Below, piece by piece: positions 60,766-64,000 of a DNA stretch of 64,000 bases. The notes under the pieces were generated by a model that was not told where the DNA came from, made no database searches, and worked only from the letters and a program-made list of their open reading frames with translations. The first letter of the stretch is position 1. Each line of letters starts with the position of its first letter. A program made the translations under genes and the position numbers. The DNA is from an uncultured Acidobacteriaceae bacterium. Lineage in GTDB: Bacteria > Acidobacteriota > Terriglobia > Terriglobales > Acidobacteriaceae. The stretch lies in assembly GCA_963758785.1 (NCBI GenBank), contig CAVWXA010000002.1, forward strand, positions 652,669-716,668, given 5' to 3'.

Positions 60766-62082
60766 TTACACCACGGTCAATTGCGGTACGCCTTCCCTTG
60801 CGAAGGGGCAGGGCTTGCCGTCGAGGTGATCTTCAAACTCCTTGCGAAACTTTTTGATGAACGCGATCGTGGGCATGGCGGCTGCGTCGCCGAGCGGGCA
60901 GAAGGTGCGGCCCAGCATATTCTCGGCGAGGTAGCGAATGTTGTCGATATCGCTGGGCGCGCCGAAGCCCGCATGAAAACGAGTGAGCGACTTCTTAAGC
61001 CAGTCAGTGCCTTCGCGGCAGGGGATGCACCAGCCGCAACTTTCGTGCGCGTAAAAGCTGATGGTGCGCAGGGCGAACTCGACCATGCAGGTCTGGTCGT
61101 CGATGATGACGACGCCGCCTGAGCCGAGCATGGAGCCGGCTTTGCCCACCTGGTCGAAGTCCATGCCGAGGTTTTCGATCTCCTCAGGCAACAGAACTGG
61201 AGTGGATGAACCGCCGGGAACAATGGCCTTGAGTTTGCGTCCACCGCGAATACCGCCGGCGACGTCGTAGATCATCTTTTTGAGACTGTATCCCATGGGC
61301 AGTTCGTAGACGCCGGGTCGTTCTACGTGGCCGCTGATGCAAAAAAGGCGCGTGCCGCCGTTGCGCGGAGTGCCGATGGCTGCGTAAGCCGCCGCACCCA
61401 TGGCAATGACCTGGGGCACGGTGGCGATAGTTTCAGCGTTGTTAATGACCGTCGGGCCGCCGTAAAGACCGACGACCGCCGGAAAGGGCGGCTTGATGCG
61501 TGGAATGCCGCGCTTGCCTTCGAGCGACTCCATGAGCGCAGATTCTTCGCCAACTTCATAAGCGCCCGCGCCGGTTTGGGTGATGATTTGAAATTCGGTA
61601 TCGGAGCCGAAGATATTTTTGCCGAGGAAGCCGCGCTCGTAGGCATCGGCGACGGCGCGCTCCGTGATTTCGAGGAGATAACGGTACTCGCCGCGCAGAT
61701 AGATGAAGCCCATCTTCGCGCCAACGGCGAGGCCGGCGATGATGGTGCCCTCAATGACGGCATGAGGATCGTGGAGGAAGATGAGGTGATCTTTGCAGGT
61801 GCCGGGTTCGCTCTCGTCGCCGTTGACGAGGATGTATTTGGGTTTTGGCGATTGCCTGGGGACGAAGGACCACTTCATGCCGGTAGAGAAACCTGCTCCG
61901 CCACGGCCACGAAGGTTCGACGCCTTCATCTCGTTGACGATCCAGTCGGGAACCTGCGCGAGACATTTTTTGACGGACTCGTAGCCGCCGAGTTCGAGGT
62001 AGCGGTCAATCTTTTCCGCTCCCATGCCGAAGCGGCGCGAGATGATTTTGACCTCATCGGGATGGGAGACAAGCCTAGGCAT
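60766..62082 (-). CDS. nuoF: NADH-quinone oxidoreductase subunit F
   Basis: LRGRGGAGF, NGDESEPGT, GAGAYEVGEE, ESCGWCIPCREG, FCPLG. Confidence 0.97.
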   Translation of the reverse strand: MPRLVSHPDEVKIISRRFGMGAEKIDRYLELGGYESVKKCLAQVPDWIVNEMKASNLRGRGGAGFSTGMKWSFVPRQSPKPKYILVNGDESEPGTCKDHLIFLHDPHAVIEGTIIAGLAVGAKMGFIYLRGEYRYLLEITERAVADAYERGFLGKNIFGSDTEFQIITQTGAGAYEVGEESALMESLEGKRGIPRIKPPFPAVVGLYGGPTVINNAETIATVPQVIAMGAAAYAAIGTPRNGGTRLFCISGHVERPGVYELPMGYSLKKMIYDVAGGIRGGRKLKAIVPGGSSTPVLLPEEIENLGMDFDQVGKAGSMLGSGGVVIIDDQTCMVEFALRTISFYAHESCGWCIPCREGTDWLKKSLTRFHAGFGAPSDIDNIRYLAENMLGRTFCPLGDAAAMPTIAFIKKFRKEFEDHLDGKPCPFAREGVPQLTVV

Positions 62083-62647
62083 GCGGGTCCTTGCCTTCCG
62101 GCTTTCGCTCTTGCGACGTAGATCCGTGGCCGGGAGCCTTGGCCTTACCACGATAGCCGCTCAGGATGCCGGGCACGAGGTCAGGCTTGATCTCGTCGTG
62201 GAAGTCGTAGTTGACCTGGATGGCGGGCGCCCAGCAGCATGCGCCGATGCATTCGACCTCTTCAACGGAAAAAAGACCGTCGGCGGTGACGCCGTGGGGT
62301 CCGACGCCGAGTTCTTCCTGAAAGCGCTCGTAGACGTCGTATGCGCCGCGCAGCATGCAACTGATGTTGGTGCAAACCTGGATATTGAATTTGCCCGCAG
62401 GCTTGAAGCGCAGCATGGAGTAATACGTAGCGACGTTGCGGACTTCAAGCTCGGTGACGCCAATGCGGCGGGCGACCTCGGCGACGACTGCGTCAGAGAG
62501 ATAGCCGACCTCATCCTGGGCATAGATCAGCATGGGGATGAGCGCGGAGCGCTTGACGGGATATTTCAGGACGAGCGCGTCAAACCGCGCCGCGAGTTGC
62601 GGCGAAAAAATCGACGTGCCGGCGGTATTTGCATTCTCTGCGTTCAT
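62075..62647 (-). CDS. nuoE: NADH-quinone oxidoreductase subunit E
   Basis: VATYYSML, CTNISC, ECIGAC..AP. Confidence 0.96.
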   Translation of the reverse strand: MNAENANTAGTSIFSPQLAARFDALVLKYPVKRSALIPMLIYAQDEVGYLSDAVVAEVARRIGVTELEVRNVATYYSMLRFKPAGKFNIQVCTNISCMLRGAYDVYERFQEELGVGPHGVTADGLFSVEEVECIGACCWAPAIQVNYDFHDEIKPDLVPGILSGYRGKAKAPGHGSTSQERKPEGKDPHA

Positions 62648-62651
62648 TCGA

Positions 62652-63497
62652 TTAGTTCCCGATTTGCACCAGGGGTTCGCGGTGCATCAGGTCGCGCGCC
62701 CATTGTTCAACGACCAAATCCATTGGCTCATCGCCTGCATCGCCGCGCAGCGTTCCATGTTCCGTGAACTCGAACGCCCCGCTCATTCCATTTTCTCGCG
62801 TCCAGGTGACAATTGCATGATGACGCTTGAGGATGAGCCATTTTTCAGCCTGACGGGCGATGATGGTCGCCCCGGCCGTCTCAATCTCAGCCTGACGATT
62901 GTCGCTTGCTCCATGCAGAGCGGTGTAGCTGCGAAGCAGGGAAGCGAGCGAAATCCAGAACTCGGCAAAATGCGGTTCGTCGAGAGTTACTGGCGCAGGA
63001 TCGATCGGTTGGGCTCGTTTTTGGGTCAAGCGAATTCCTGTTTCGAGAATCTGGGAAACAATGGCACTGGCGACCGCCGCGGGACCGTACGAAATGGTGT
63101 GGTTACGGGCACTTTGGGTGGATGCGACTTCCAGTTTCGCGGGTCCCCGACTGAACGGATATTCCTTTCTTAAAATTTCTCTGCGGTTTGGCGGACCAAC
63201 GATGACAAAAGTGGTTCGCCCTTTCGAAACCTCGAAATCGACGCAACACATAAGGGCGGTTCCAAAAGTCAGGCAAAGCCTGCCCAGGTAGCACGGGACG
63301 AGAACCCTTTCGATAGAGGCCAGCCCACGCTTGTGAAGCTCGGCATTCGCCTTCTGGACCTCCTCGATGATATGTGCCTTAACTTGTTCAAAAAAAGCGG
63401 CAGGATCAAATTCCTGTCTCACCGGGTCCCTGCTGAATCTTTCTTCCGCATAGCCCGAACTTCTCAGCATTTCTGCCAACGTACCGTAGCCGTTCAC
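62652..63497 (-). CDS. Hypothetical 281-aa soluble protein inside the nuo operon
   Basis: Open frame from GTG 63497 (AAGAGGG upstream), 14 nt after the nuoD stop and 4 nt before the nuoE start. Confidence 0.75.
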   Translation of the reverse strand: MNGYGTLAEMLRSSGYAEERFSRDPVRQEFDPAAFFEQVKAHIIEEVQKANAELHKRGLASIERVLVPCYLGRLCLTFGTALMCCVDFEVSKGRTTFVIVGPPNRREILRKEYPFSRGPAKLEVASTQSARNHTISYGPAAVASAIVSQILETGIRLTQKRAQPIDPAPVTLDEPHFAEFWISLASLLRSYTALHGASDNRQAEIETAGATIIARQAEKWLILKRHHAIVTWTRENGMSGAFEFTEHGTLRGDAGDEPMDLVVEQWARDLMHREPLVQIGN

Positions 63498-63511
63498 GGA
63501 GCCCTCTTGCT

Positions 63512-64000
63512 TTACCGATCTATTTCCCCCAAAACAATATCGATGGAACCGATGACCGCGACCAGATCGGCGATCAAGCGCCCCTTGCACATGACCTCCA
63601 ATGCCTGCAACGTGGCAAAGGACGGATAGCGCATGTGCACGCGATAGGGCTTGGCGGTGCCGTCAGAAACCACGTAGTAGCCCATCTGGCCGTGACCGCA
63701 TTCAATGCCCTGATAGACCTCGCCGGCAGGAACGGCAAAACCCTCGGTAACGATTTTGAAGTGATGGATGAGGGCCTCCATCTGGGTTTTCATTTTTTCA
63801 CGATCGGGCAGGACAATCTTAGGCGCATCGGCTTTGACTGGGCCGCCGGGCATTCCCTCGAGAGCCTGCTCGATGATCTTGACACTCTCGCGCATTTCGA
63901 CGAGGCGGACTTCGTAACGCGCCCAGGTGTCGCCGACGGTGGAGGTGGGCACTTTGAAGTGAAACTTCTCGTAGCTTGAATAGGGCATGTCGCGGCGGAG
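63512..64000 (-). CDS. nuoD: NADH-quinone oxidoreductase subunit D (3' part; 5' end outside window)
   Basis: GDTWARY, MEALIHHFK, KPYRVHMR, IADLVAVIGSIDIVLGEIDR. Confidence 0.96.
   Translation of the reverse strand, partial: LRRDMPYSSYEKFHFKVPTSTVGDTWARYEVRLVEMRESVKIIEQALEGMPGGPVKADAPKIVLPDREKMKTQMEALIHHFKIVTEGFAVPAGEVYQGIECGHGQMGYYVVSDGTAKPYRVHMRYPSFATLQALEVMCKGRLIADLVAVIGSIDIVLGEIDR

Noticed and set aside
58487-60829. Long antisense ORFs (780 aa here; also 31468..32988, 47240..48595, 38011..39216, 2277..3737)
   Set aside because: Shadow frames opposite well-identified high-GC genes, with no motifs or start signals of their own.

Overview
This is a high-GC bacterial chromosome segment, most likely Acidobacteriota (Acidobacteriaceae/Terriglobales-like); that placement is inferred from an Acidobacteria-type VWA protein, the nuo gene order and the repeat families. 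It is mostly core genome: a TolC/TPR/adaptor efflux cluster, queF, an MFS transporter, ispG, a small regulatory island, mtgA, an O-methyltransferase with ABC-2 exporter, hemE-hemH, proline dehydrogenase, a GH27 enzyme, argG, gltB-gltD, rfbB-rfbA-rfbC, yebC, a PagL-like protein, ftcD, a MASE1-PAS-GGDEF protein, lpxD and nuoD-N (lacking nuoI). Many genes carry 1-bp frameshifts in patches, best explained as long-read errors, so those gene boundaries are approximate. The most unusual signal is non-coding in origin: several families of short palindromic repeats plus GGG-heptamer arrays, with every asymmetric copy I found oriented the same way on the + strand. Some copies sit in frame inside NuoM, HemH and an ABC ATPase. 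Other points of note are many leaderless-type promoters, a GNAT-like/LuxR-HTH regulator broken by an exact 23-bp duplication, an unknown 281-aa ORF inside the nuo operon, and an in-frame TAG in lpxD. No rRNA, tRNA, CRISPR array or transposase was recognised.
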